From positions 1,468 through 65,467 of the forward strand of contig CAWGMV010000024.1 of the NCBI GenBank assembly GCA_963823635.1: DNA of 64,000 bases. The letters run 5' to 3'. The translations under genes were made by a program, and so were the position numbers. Source of the stretch: an uncultured Acidobacteriaceae bacterium (GTDB lineage: Bacteria > Acidobacteriota > Terriglobia > Terriglobales > Acidobacteriaceae). The number at the start of each line of letters is the position of its first letter. Position 1 is the stretch's first letter. The notes under the pieces were generated by a model. The model saw nothing but the letters and a program-made list of their open reading frames with translations. It made no database searches and had not been told where the DNA came from. Positions 1 through 9,175 of this stretch are shown piece after piece.

Positions 1-2
1 TG

Positions 3-383
3 TCATTGTCCCCTCCCATTCCGCGCTCCCAGCACGTCTCGCAGGAACATGTTGTAGAACTTGCCCGTGAGATAGACGGCGTTGCTTCCCAGCAGACCGG
101 CGACCAGGTCGTTGTTGACCGGGGGAAGCGAGCTTTGATTAACATTGCTCAACACCTGCGTCAGGTATTGTCCAGCCGCGGCGATGGTCAACAGCAGCAA
201 TTGAATTCTCCCCGGACTCAAGGATTGATTGCCCTGAGCGTCCGAGCCATAAAGCAATCCCTTGGTGTTGATTCCGCCGCCCAGGAGTTTTGCCAGCACG
301 ACAGCAGCCAGGCCACAGATCAGGAACATGACCTCGAATCGCACAAACTTTGCCAGCAATGGCATAGCTTCTGTCCAAACCAA
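3..383 (-). CDS. hypothetical small membrane protein
   Basis: 126-aa ORF with its stop codon (TGA) at 3-5. It has two hydrophobic stretches (FEVMFLICGLAAVVLAKLL and IQLLLLTIAAAG). No family recognised. Confidence 0.4.
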   Translation of the reverse strand: MVWTEAMPLLAKFVRFEVMFLICGLAAVVLAKLLGGGINTKGLLYGSDAQGNQSLSPGRIQLLLLTIAAAGQYLTQVLSNVNQSSLPPVNNDLVAGLLGSNAVYLTGKFYNMFLRDVLGARNGRGQ

Positions 384-665
384 CCGGCTCCCGGGCAGCC
401 GTGCGGGATATCTCTTGTAATGAAGTGCAAGAATCTATCAGGATAGCGGCACAGTCAAGGAAAAACTGCGGTGTTCTGCTGGATGAAGTCGCTTGCCGCC
501 GATGTTTTTGTCAACGGATCAGTCTTGGCAAAGGCGGCGCGTCTCCAGCCTTCGGTATGGACTTTCCTCAGAGTCCAATTAGAATGCTGAGTTCTGGTTC
601 GATGAGGTGATGGAAGCCCCAACACCTTTCTCAGACCGGAGCGACTGTGTAAGCGAGGAGGCTTC

Positions 666-1853
666 ATGATTGTCGGCGTCCCCCGAGAAAGCTTCCCGGG
701 AGAGCGGCGTGTGGCGCTTGTACCTGCGGTAATCCCTAATCTTGCCAAGCCTGGACTGGAAGTCATAATCGAAGCCGGTGCCGGGGTTGAGGCCGGCTAT
801 CCGGATGCGGAGTTCGTCAATAAGGGCGCTAAAACTATCTCCGACCGTGCTGAGGTTTTTCGCACCGCAGACATCGTGCTGCAGGTGCTCTGCTACGGCT
901 CCAACGACCAAACCGGCGCGGCCGATCTGCCACTGTTCCGGAAGGGCCAAGCCCTAATTGGGTTCCTGCGCCCTCTGGGCGAAGTTCAGACCATCGAGGC
1001 GATTGCTGCCACCGGCGTCACCTCATTCGCGGTCGAGCTCATGCCCCGCATCACGCGCGCTCAGAACATGGACGCGCTCTCGTCGATGAGTACGATTGCC
1101 GGCTACAAAGCGGTGCTGCTCGCGGCCGATACTCTTCCTCGCATCTTCCCCATGCTGACCACCGCCGCGGGAACTATTACTCCTTCGCGCGTGCTGGTGA
1201 TTGGCGCTGGCGTCGCCGGCTTGCAGGCCATCGCCACCGCCCGCAGGCTGGGCGCTGTGGTTTCAGCTTACGATTTGCGTCCTGCTGTCAAAGAACAGGT
1301 TCAGAGTCTCGGCGGAAGATTTGTCGAGCTTCCCATCGAAGCTGCCGACGCGCAGGATGCCGGCGGCTACGCCAAGGCGCAGGACGAATCGTTTTACCAG
1401 CGGCAGCGCGAATTGCTGGGAAAGGTTGTTGCCGAGAGCGATGTCGTGATCACGACTGCCGTCGTTCCGGGCAAGAAGTCGCCGGTGCTGGTGACGAAGG
1501 AAATGGTGGCTAGGATGGCGCCGGGCTCAGTGATCGTGGACCTGGCCGCCGAGCGCGGAGGCAATTGCGAACTGACCCGCACCGGAGAGAAAGTGGTTGA
1601 GCACGGAGTGACGATTTTCGGCTCGATCAATCTGGCCAGCACCGTGCCCTACCACGCCAGCCAGATGTACAGCAAGAACCTCACGAATTTTCTGCTGCAC
1701 CTGGTGAAGGATGGAAAGCTCCAGCTCAACCTGGAGGACGAAATCACGCGCAGCACCATCGTCACCATGGGCGGGGAAATCGTAAACCCGCGCGTGCGCG
1801 AGTTCTACAAGCTGCCCGCACTGGAATTGCAATCAAAGGAAGCCAGCTCATGA
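666..1853 (+). CDS. pntAA: NAD(P) transhydrogenase subunit alpha, part 1 (dI domain)
   Basis: 395 aa. The N-terminus MIVGVPRESFPGERRVALVP is typical of PntA/alanine-dehydrogenase-fold proteins. Rossmann motif VLVIGAGVAGLQAI. GAGGAGG RBS upstream. Stop overlaps the next gene. Confidence 0.9.
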   Translation: MIVGVPRESFPGERRVALVPAVIPNLAKPGLEVIIEAGAGVEAGYPDAEFVNKGAKTISDRAEVFRTADIVLQVLCYGSNDQTGAADLPLFRKGQALIGFLRPLGEVQTIEAIAATGVTSFAVELMPRITRAQNMDALSSMSTIAGYKAVLLAADTLPRIFPMLTTAAGTITPSRVLVIGAGVAGLQAIATARRLGAVVSAYDLRPAVKEQVQSLGGRFVELPIEAADAQDAGGYAKAQDESFYQRQRELLGKVVAESDVVITTAVVPGKKSPVLVTKEMVARMAPGSVIVDLAAERGGNCELTRTGEKVVEHGVTIFGSINLASTVPYHASQMYSKNLTNFLLHLVKDGKLQLNLEDEITRSTIVTMGGEIVNPRVREFYKLPALELQSKEASS

Positions 1854-2149
1854 ACAAAGCAGACCTCATCAACAGCCTCTACGTTTTCATGCTGGCGGCG
1901 TTCATCGGATTCGAGGTGATTCGCCGCGTTTCGCCGCTGCTGCACACGCCGCTGATGTCGCTGACCAACGCGCTCGATGCCATTGCCGTGGTGGGCGCCA
2001 TCATCCTGGCTGGTGAGCACAAGAGCACGCTCGCAACTGTGCTCGGCACCATCGCCATCGTCGCCGCCACCAGCAACGTCGTCGGCGGCTTCATCATCAC
2101 CGACCGCATGCTCAAGATGTTCAAATCCAGCCGGACGCAGAAACCATGA
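1850..2149 (+). CDS. pntAB: NAD(P) transhydrogenase subunit alpha, part 2 (membrane)
   Basis: 99-aa hydrophobic protein (LYVFMLAAFIGFEVI..PLHTPLMSLTNA). It has 4-nt overlaps with pntAA upstream and pntB downstream. Confidence 0.85.
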   Translation: MNKADLINSLYVFMLAAFIGFEVIRRVSPLLHTPLMSLTNALDAIAVVGAIILAGEHKSTLATVLGTIAIVAATSNVVGGFIITDRMLKMFKSSRTQKP

Positions 2150-3545
2150 TCCCGGGCTCCGAACACATCATCGAGATCACCTACATCATCGCTGCCGCTG
2201 CTCTTCATCCTTTCGCTCAAGTGGCTGAGTTCGCCGACTACGGCGCGGCACGGGGTTTGGGCGGGCGAAGTCGGCATGGTGCTGGCCGTTGCAGGCACGC
2301 TGCTGTACCACGGCATCGTGGACTACAAGTGGATCGCCATCGCGCTGGTTCTGGGCACCATCATCGGCGTTCCGCTGGGTAATGTGGGGATGACTGCCGT
2401 TCCTCAGCGGACCGCGCTCAGCCACGCCTTCGGCGCGCTGTGCGTGACCCTGGTGGGAACGGCGGAGTTCTATCTGCGCGCTCCGAACATTCGCGCCATT
2501 CATGATGTCAGTGCTCTCGCTGGAGGTCATTCTGGGCGGGCTGACCTTCACTGGCAGCTTGATGGCCGCCGGCAAGCTGCAGGAAATCCTGCCGCAGCGA
2601 CCGATCACGTACAAAGGGCAGAACTTCGTCAACCTCGGCGTGCTGGCGATTGCCGTCGGCATTGCCGTCTATCTCGTGCATGATCCCTGATGCCATGCAC
2701 CTGTATCCCGTCATGGTCGGGATCGCGCTGATCTTTGGCGTGATGCTGATCGTCCCCATCGGCGGCGCCGACATGCCGACGGTGATCTCGCTGCTGAACT
2801 CTTACGCCGGACTTTCCGCCGCGGCCATGGGCTTCGTGCTCAACAGCAAGCTGCTGATCGTGGCCGGCGCGCTCGACGGCGCTTCCGGCTTCATCCTTTC
2901 GGTCAACATGTCGAAGGCGATGAACCGCTCGTTCACCAACGTGCTGTTCGGGGCCTTCGGACAGGTGCAGGCCGCGGCCGCCGGGGCTAGGCCGAGGCGC
3001 GCAACGTGCGCAGTGCGACTCCCGAAGAAGCGGCCGCGATTCTGTCGGCTGCGAACAAAGTGGTCATCGTTCCCGGCTACGGCATGGCGGTCGCGCAGGC
3101 GCAGCACAAAGTTCGCGAGCTCTACGACGCGCTGACCAAGCGCGGCGTCGACGTGAAGTTCGGCATCCATCCCGTCGCGGGCCGCATGCCGGGACACATG
3201 AACGTTCTGCTGGCCGAGGCCGACATTCCCTACGACAAGCTGCTGGACATGGACGAGATCAACGCCGATATGCCGCAGACCGATGTGGCGCTGGTGATCG
3301 GCGCCAACGACGTCACCAATCCGGCCGCGCGCAGCGATACCAGCAGTCCGATCTACGGCATGCCGATTCTGGATGTGGACAAGGCGCGCACGGTGATGGT
3401 GATCAAGCGCAGCATGAATCCGGGATTTGCGGGAATCGACAACCCGCTCTATTACCTCGACAACACGCTGATGCTGTTCGGCGACGCGAAGGCATTTGTG
3501 GGCTCCATTGTGCGCGAGTTGAGCGGCGTCGCGGCGCACGCGTGA
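2146..3545 (+). pseudogene. pntB: NAD(P) transhydrogenase subunit beta, interrupted by four frameshifts
   Basis: PntB-like translation is collinear but spread over frames 1>2>3>1>3. The pieces are ORFs 2146-2382, 2276-2683, 2502-2690, 2650-3135 and 3006-3545. Hallmark stretches are [33 protein letters not shown] and [20 protein letters not shown]. Confidence 0.75.
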
Positions 3546-3796
3546 TGGAACCTCGAAGTGCGATTTCTCGTATCATCATTCAGGAGATCTTTATGCTTAC
3601 CTTTCTCCTGTGGTGCATTCTTCTGTTTTTCTGCTGGCCCTTGGCCCTGGTCGTCTTGGTACTCTATCCGATTGTGTGGCTGATACTGTTGCCGTTCCGC
3701 ATCTTGGGATTTGCCGTTGAAGGTGTGCTGGAATTGCTCAAGGCGATCATCCTGTTGCCGGCCCGGATACTGCGCGGGCCACGCCGCGCCTGGTGA
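3545..3796 (+). CDS. small hydrophobic membrane protein
   Basis: The ATG at 3545 overlaps the pntB TGA (TGATG). About 83 aa with two very hydrophobic segments (FLLWCILLFFCWPLALVVLVLYPIVWLILLPF). No family recognised. Confidence 0.4.
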   Translation: MEPRSAISRIIIQEIFMLTFLLWCILLFFCWPLALVVLVLYPIVWLILLPFRILGFAVEGVLELLKAIILLPARILRGPRRAW

Positions 3797-3889
3797 TTTG
3801 GAATCGTTCTTTCGTATCATCGTGATCAGCGGTCCCGGCTGCCGCGCCACTCGATTGCGAAGAAGACGCCCCTGGCACCCTCGAGAAGG

Positions 3890-4369
3890 TTAAGCTCTCG
3901 TTACCCTGATCTTTCGTTCCTGTTCTCCTATCCGTTCGAGGCAGATCTCCACATCGCGCTCCCTGACGAAGCGGGGAAACTTTTCTCCCCACTCCAGCAG
4001 CACCAGATTGCCATCTTCGGCGAAGAGTTCGTCCAGACCGAGGGTGTCAAGTTCGCGGAGTGTGTCCACTCGGTAGAGATCCACGTGGAACAGGTTGACG
4101 TCGGGACCGCGAAATTCGTGGACAAGAGTGAATGTAGGGCTGGTAACGTCGTCCTGCGAGGCCGCCTGCAAACCCTCAGCGATGCCCTTCACCAGAGTAG
4201 TCTTGCCGGCGCCAAGCTCGCCACGCAGAATGACCATGCGCGCACTCTTGAGCGCGGGCGCCAGCTTACGGCCCAGCGCCATCGTTTCTTGCGCAGAGTG
4301 CGTAGTGTACTCATCCGATGGCCATCGGCACTCAAGCGGGCGAAGCAGTGGTGATGGTCTCCAGTCCAT
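3890..4369 (-). CDS. tsaE: tRNA t6A37 biosynthesis ATPase TsaE
   Basis: P-loop GELGAGKTTLVKG, plus SPTFTLVHEF and HVDLYR motifs. The start is taken at the ATG at 4369, because the longer ORF to 4513 would run deep into the upstream MFS gene. Confidence 0.8.
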   Translation of the reverse strand: MDWRPSPLLRPLECRWPSDEYTTHSAQETMALGRKLAPALKSARMVILRGELGAGKTTLVKGIAEGLQAASQDDVTSPTFTLVHEFRGPDVNLFHVDLYRVDTLRELDTLGLDELFAEDGNLVLLEWGEKFPRFVRERDVEICLERIGEQERKIRVTRA

Positions 4370-5696
4370 GGGCGTCCGGCCCGGTCTCTCGCTGACGCAA
4401 CAGGAGCGCAAAGAGCAATGCCAGAAAGCCCAGGATCGAGAAGATCCACATTCCCAGCGCATAGCCGTGGAAATCGGTGGGCCCGGCATGGCTGATGTCG
4501 TTGGCCTTCCCAATGGCGAGATTGAAGATGAAGAAGCCGATCTGCTGCAACAAGCTCATCAGTGCGTAGGCGGTGCCCAGTCGCCTCTCATCCACGATGT
4601 AGGCAACTGACGGCCACATCACTGCCGGAATCAGCGAGAAGGCAATCCCCATCAGCGACACTGGCACCAGCAGGGAGATGCTGCTGTAGGCAATCATCAG
4701 GTAAACCGGCATCATCAGGAACGATCCGACGACCATGAGGGTGGCGCGCTTGCCAATGCGATCCGCAAGCAAGCCGAAAAGAGGTGTGGCGATCATGGCA
4801 GAAAAAGGAAGCAAACTGTTTAGCCAGCCCGCCTGTTGCTGGGCCGCAGCGAAGGCAGCGGTTGAACTCGCAGCCGCACCGATTTGGGAAAGGAACTTGC
4901 TGGTGAACAAATCGATGGCAAACGTACGGAATGGAAAGATTCCGGAATAGAACGTGAAACACAGCGCGACCACGTACCAGTAGGAAGGGTTAAATTTGAG
5001 CCCTTCGCGAAAACTCAACTTGTCGGGTTCGGCCGACTTTCCGAGGTGGTAGCGTGTCTCGGCGTATGTCTCTAGGGCCCAGTAAATCAAGGCCCCAATC
5101 ACCGCCGTCGACCCGACAACCACGGCGAGCACCAAAGGACGATGCCAGCTGGGCTGGGCATTGACTCCGTTGGGGAAGAACGCGAACTTAGCCCACGTCG
5201 GAGAGTTGTCCGCTGCGATGGATGCAATTCGGGCGATCGTGAGATTGATGCCGAAGGCGAAGCTGAGTTCTTTGCCCTTGAACCAGCGTGCCAAAGCTGT
5301 TGTAACAGCCACGATCTGCGATTCGGCGCCGAGTCCAACGATGGCACGGCCAGCGACCATGAGATAGAAACTGCCTCTGAGAGAGGTCAGCAGAGCCCCT
5401 AAAAGAATGAGCGCCGAGAAGAACAAGAGAGACTTCTTGATCCCGAAGCGATCAACGAGAATTCCGCCGATCAACAGCGTCGCCACCGCCGCTACGCTGT
5501 AGCTGGCATTCAGCCAACCAAACATGGAAGCAGAAAAATTCAACTGCTCGAGGAAGATGCGCTCCAGCGGGTTGATGCTGTCATAGATGTAGTAATTGCC
5601 AAACATGGCCACGCTGACGAAGATGAGCACCAGCCAGCGATAGAACTTGCTCGGTTGCGGACGGTTGCTGACCGTCGATGCGATTTCTGACATCAA
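4332..5696 (-). CDS. MFS transporter, MFSD1-like
   Basis: 454 aa with about 12 hydrophobic segments. The motifs FYRWLVLIFVSVAMFGNYYIYD and WFKGKELSFAFGINLTIARI resemble the MFSD1 subfamily (from memory). Confidence 0.85.
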   Translation of the reverse strand: MMSEIASTVSNRPQPSKFYRWLVLIFVSVAMFGNYYIYDSINPLERIFLEQLNFSASMFGWLNASYSVAAVATLLIGGILVDRFGIKKSLLFFSALILLGALLTSLRGSFYLMVAGRAIVGLGAESQIVAVTTALARWFKGKELSFAFGINLTIARIASIAADNSPTWAKFAFFPNGVNAQPSWHRPLVLAVVVGSTAVIGALIYWALETYAETRYHLGKSAEPDKLSFREGLKFNPSYWYVVALCFTFYSGIFPFRTFAIDLFTSKFLSQIGAAASSTAAFAAAQQQAGWLNSLLPFSAMIATPLFGLLADRIGKRATLMVVGSFLMMPVYLMIAYSSISLLVPVSLMGIAFSLIPAVMWPSVAYIVDERRLGTAYALMSLLQQIGFFIFNLAIGKANDISHAGPTDFHGYALGMWIFSILGFLALLFALLLRQRETGPDAHGLETITTASPA

Positions 5697-5800
5697 GACC
5701 TCGAGGGACGATTGACCAAGATAACAGAAGGCAGGTTAGGCGGCTCTCCGCCGCTAACTCTTATGGATTTCAATTCCGGTTTCGCTGTCTCCCGCAGCCG

Positions 5801-7312
5801 TTACGGTTCGGCTCCTTGCACGACCTGCCCATCCGCTGTTCCACAGTAACAGCGCGCGTAGGCCGGAACACTGAGCGCCCCAATCGCGCAATACAAGCCG
5901 CGGATGCTGTCTGGTTCAACCACTACCGCTGCACTCGAGACGTTGTATAGCTTCAGCCATTGGGCACGGCTGCCTGGGGCGTTCTGGATCTCGTTGTAGA
6001 TTTTCCCGAGGCTCACCAGGTCCAACCGCCGCATCCTCCATTCCTTCGAGAATTGGTACTCGCGTTTCCACTTTCCACGCACCGTGCTGCTGGCTGCCTT
6101 GAGGTTGGTCAAATAGTAGGTCGTCTGGTCGTCAAGTGTTCCGTCGCTCGCGAAGGTGACGACGCGAAAGCTGGGATTCTGGTCATAGATGGGCGAGACC
6201 GGTGGGTCCACCAGAACGAATGCCCGGTTGACGCCCGCCGAGTTGATGAGCCGGAAGTCGTCTGTGTGGGTGTGGCCGGAGAAGCTCGCGAGCACTGTGT
6301 CCCGATAGGTCTCCAGCAGAGCGTCAAAGCGCGTCGTCCACTCCGGCAACCACATCGGAACAATCGAATCGGCACACGAACCGTTTGCAGATGGGTTGGT
6401 AGCTGCATCTGCCGTTTCTCGCTTGTGGGTCGACGCAAAACCGTCGATGCCAGGAGGAATGTGGAACATGAGCCACACTCGCTGATTGGCCTGCCTGGCC
6501 GCCGCCAGGTTTGACGCCAGCCACGCAAGAAGGTCGGCGGGCCCATTGGACGGCACGTTGGCGCACCCCTGCGGCAAGCTGGTGGCGTGATAGTTGTTGG
6601 AGAAGAAAACGGTATTCAGCGAGAGGATGCGGACGCCCGAAAGCGCAGGGTGGGGAACGTTGTAGCCGCCTAAGGCCTTCCATTCCTCCGTGAACGTTGC
6701 GCTGCCCCGGGCCAACTGTTGTGCCAGAGAGGCCGTGTCGCTCAGAAATGTCCCCCCAGCGCGAATGCTGTAGTCGCCGCACTCTTCGTCGTTGTTGCCG
6801 GGAGTCACCAGGATCGTTGTGTTCGGGAAACGCTTTTGAAACTCGAGGGCTATGAACTGCACGGTCTTCAGCACGAAGGCCCGGTAATGCTGCAGGTCAT
6901 CGTCGTGAGTAGCATCCTGAAAAGCTTTAGGGAAGCCGTGCGCCAGCAGATCGCCGGTGTACATCACGAAGGAAGGATGCGGCAGCGTCCTACGCATTTG
7001 GTCCAGGGCGGACTGCAAGAGCCACCAGTTCGTGTCCTGGCCGTATTGGCTGAAGCGAGTCAGCTCCGATCGCTGCAGTATCGCCTCCCACTGAGCAGGC
7101 TCGGCGGCGGCAAGCTCGGCGACGAGCGTGGGGTCGGCCATGGGATCAAAGTGAATGTCCGAAACCAGGAGGAATTTATTGTTGGCCGCCTTGGCTGAAG
7201 GAACGAGCGACGCAAAAAATGTCAGTGTAATAAGAAGTGCAACGAGGTAAGACTGCCTCCCCGTTCCCACTCTTTGGAGTCCGGCTCCTTTTCGCAACAC
7301 AACCATCCTCAC
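5801..7312 (-). CDS. secreted calcineurin-like metallophosphoesterase, acid-sphingomyelinase-like phosphodiesterase family
   Basis: 503 aa with an N-terminal signal-like segment (LVALLITLTFFASLVPSAKA). Metallophosphoesterase motifs VSDIHFDP, YTGDLLAHG, TPGNNDE, MFHIPPG and SGHTHTDDF. Confidence 0.8.
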   Translation of the reverse strand: MRMVVLRKGAGLQRVGTGRQSYLVALLITLTFFASLVPSAKAANNKFLLVSDIHFDPMADPTLVAELAAAEPAQWEAILQRSELTRFSQYGQDTNWWLLQSALDQMRRTLPHPSFVMYTGDLLAHGFPKAFQDATHDDDLQHYRAFVLKTVQFIALEFQKRFPNTTILVTPGNNDEECGDYSIRAGGTFLSDTASLAQQLARGSATFTEEWKALGGYNVPHPALSGVRILSLNTVFFSNNYHATSLPQGCANVPSNGPADLLAWLASNLAAARQANQRVWLMFHIPPGIDGFASTHKRETADAATNPSANGSCADSIVPMWLPEWTTRFDALLETYRDTVLASFSGHTHTDDFRLINSAGVNRAFVLVDPPVSPIYDQNPSFRVVTFASDGTLDDQTTYYLTNLKAASSTVRGKWKREYQFSKEWRMRRLDLVSLGKIYNEIQNAPGSRAQWLKLYNVSSAAVVVEPDSIRGLYCAIGALSVPAYARCYCGTADGQVVQGAEP

Positions 7313-7366
7313 AATGTGTCAGATTACAAGCCGGAAGGATGATAGCTGATAGCGGCACGCGGACGG

Positions 7367-8938
7367 CTACTCGAAGCGTATCTTTTCGCCGCTGACCACG
7401 GAATGTTTGCGGAATTTGGCTTCGTTCTTCAACGGGAAGTCGAGGCGATAGTGTGCGCCGCGACTCTCCTCGCGGGCCAGCGCCGAGCGCGCAATCAGAA
7501 GTGCGGCCTGCAGGATGTTGGCTGCCTCACACGTGCGGCGATCGCCACCCGCGGGCGCCCGCATCGCACTTAACTCGGCTACCGCCTGCCGCAGGTTCTT
7601 ACCTTCACGCACAATACCGACGTTCTGCCACATCAGCGATTGCACTTTCTTGATGAACGTTTCCGTCTCGCCGGGCTGACCGTTGCTGTTCGCCACCGCG
7701 CTTTTTGCATTCGCCACCTGACTCCTCTGGCTTGCCCGGAAATGCTCTCGCATGTTCTGCGCTGCGCGCGCTCCGTACACCAGTCCTTCCAGCAGGGAGT
7801 TGCTGGCCAGGCGATTGGCGCCGTGAACGCCCGTGCAGGCAACTTCGCCGGCGGCGAACAGCCCCGGAATCGAGGTCTGTCCGCGCAGATCAGTGTGCAC
7901 GCCGCCCATAGCATAGTGAGCTGCCGGCCGCACGGGCACCAATTCAGTGGCGATGTCAACGTTGTACCGCATGCAAGTGGAGTAGATGGTGGGGAAGCGT
8001 TTGCGCACGCGTTCGGCATTCAGATGTGTGAGGTCGAGATAAACGGCCGCGTCAGGACGCTTCACGCGCTCCAGTTCATGCGCGATGGCGCGCGCCACGA
8101 CGTCGCGCGGCGCCAGCTCCGCCAATTCGTGATAACGGGGCATGAAGCGTGTCAGCTCGAAATTGCGCAAGTAGGCGCCTTCACCACGCAGCGCCTCGGA
8201 CAAGAGAAAGCGCGGCGCGTTCTTCAGAAACAGCGCCGTGGGATGGAACTGCACGAACTCCATGTCGCTGATTTCGGCGCCGGCGCGATACGCCATCGCC
8301 ACACCGTCGCCGGTGGCCACGGCTGGATTAGTGGTGTCGCTATATACCTGGCCGAGTCCACCTGTGGCCAGCAGCACGGCGCTGGCTCGGACCTCGTGCA
8401 ACCGCCCTGACTGATCGAGCACGCGAACGCCACCCACTCGACCGTCGTCCAACAGCAGGTCGGTGGTGAACTCGAATTCATAGAAGGATATCGGCGTCAG
8501 CGCCGCCTTAAGATATAGTGCGCGCCCGATCTCACGTCCCGTGGAATCTCCGTGGGCATGCAGCACTCGGCTGCGGCTGTGCGCCCCCTCCCGGGTGAAG
8601 GCGATCTTGGCGCCGGCGCGGTCGAACTCTGTGCCCCACTCGATCAGCTCCTCGATGCGCGGCGGTCCTTCCTCCACCAGAATGCGCGCCGCCTCCTCGT
8701 TGCACAGGCCATCGCCGGCCTTCAGCGTGTCTTCCAGGTGCAGGCGAACCTCATCCTCGTCACTGAGCGCAGCCGCAATGCCACCTTGCGCATATTGGGT
8801 ATTGGATTCCGTCACCTCCTGTTTGGCCAGACACACCACGCGGCCGGCTGAGGCAAGCTCCACCGCAGCCCGCAGACCGGCAATGCCTGCGCCTACCACG
8901 ATGAAGTCGGTTTCGGAAGGAAGAGCTTTCATAACCAA
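7367..8938 (-). CDS. nadB: L-aspartate oxidase
   Basis: 523 aa. FAD motif DFIVVGAGIAGLRAA, plus QGGIAAA and the C-terminal ESRGAHYRLDFP, typical of NadB/SdhA-fold flavoproteins of NadB length. Confidence 0.92.
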   Translation of the reverse strand: MVMKALPSETDFIVVGAGIAGLRAAVELASAGRVVCLAKQEVTESNTQYAQGGIAAALSDEDEVRLHLEDTLKAGDGLCNEEAARILVEEGPPRIEELIEWGTEFDRAGAKIAFTREGAHSRSRVLHAHGDSTGREIGRALYLKAALTPISFYEFEFTTDLLLDDGRVGGVRVLDQSGRLHEVRASAVLLATGGLGQVYSDTTNPAVATGDGVAMAYRAGAEISDMEFVQFHPTALFLKNAPRFLLSEALRGEGAYLRNFELTRFMPRYHELAELAPRDVVARAIAHELERVKRPDAAVYLDLTHLNAERVRKRFPTIYSTCMRYNVDIATELVPVRPAAHYAMGGVHTDLRGQTSIPGLFAAGEVACTGVHGANRLASNSLLEGLVYGARAAQNMREHFRASQRSQVANAKSAVANSNGQPGETETFIKKVQSLMWQNVGIVREGKNLRQAVAELSAMRAPAGGDRRTCEAANILQAALLIARSALAREESRGAHYRLDFPLKNEAKFRKHSVVSGEKIRFE

Positions 8939-9063
8939 CCAACGATGGGCGCGAATTGCGCCGCAGGTGCGCTCTCAAGGCTCATGGTAGCACGCAGAAA
9001 AAGCGTGGAAACCCCTATATCCGGTGTTAATGCCAAATGGGGAATAGTGCTTCCCCAAAAGAG

Positions 9064-9166
9064 TTGTCGTCACGGGGGGACTTCAGTCCGCGAGGGATCT
9101 GCTTTTGTCCCGGAATAGAAAACAGCAGATTCCTCGCGCCAGAACCAGGCGCTCGTAATGAGAATT
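9064..9166. repeat. interspersed palindromic repeat, family 1 (GGACTT-N-AGTCC core)
   Basis: Contains GGACTTCAGTCC and the hairpin CGAGGGATCTGCT..AGCAGATTCCTCG. Related copies lie at 10591-10700, 41187-41230 and 63861-63907. Confidence 0.7.
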
Positions 9167-9175
9167 CGGAACCAC

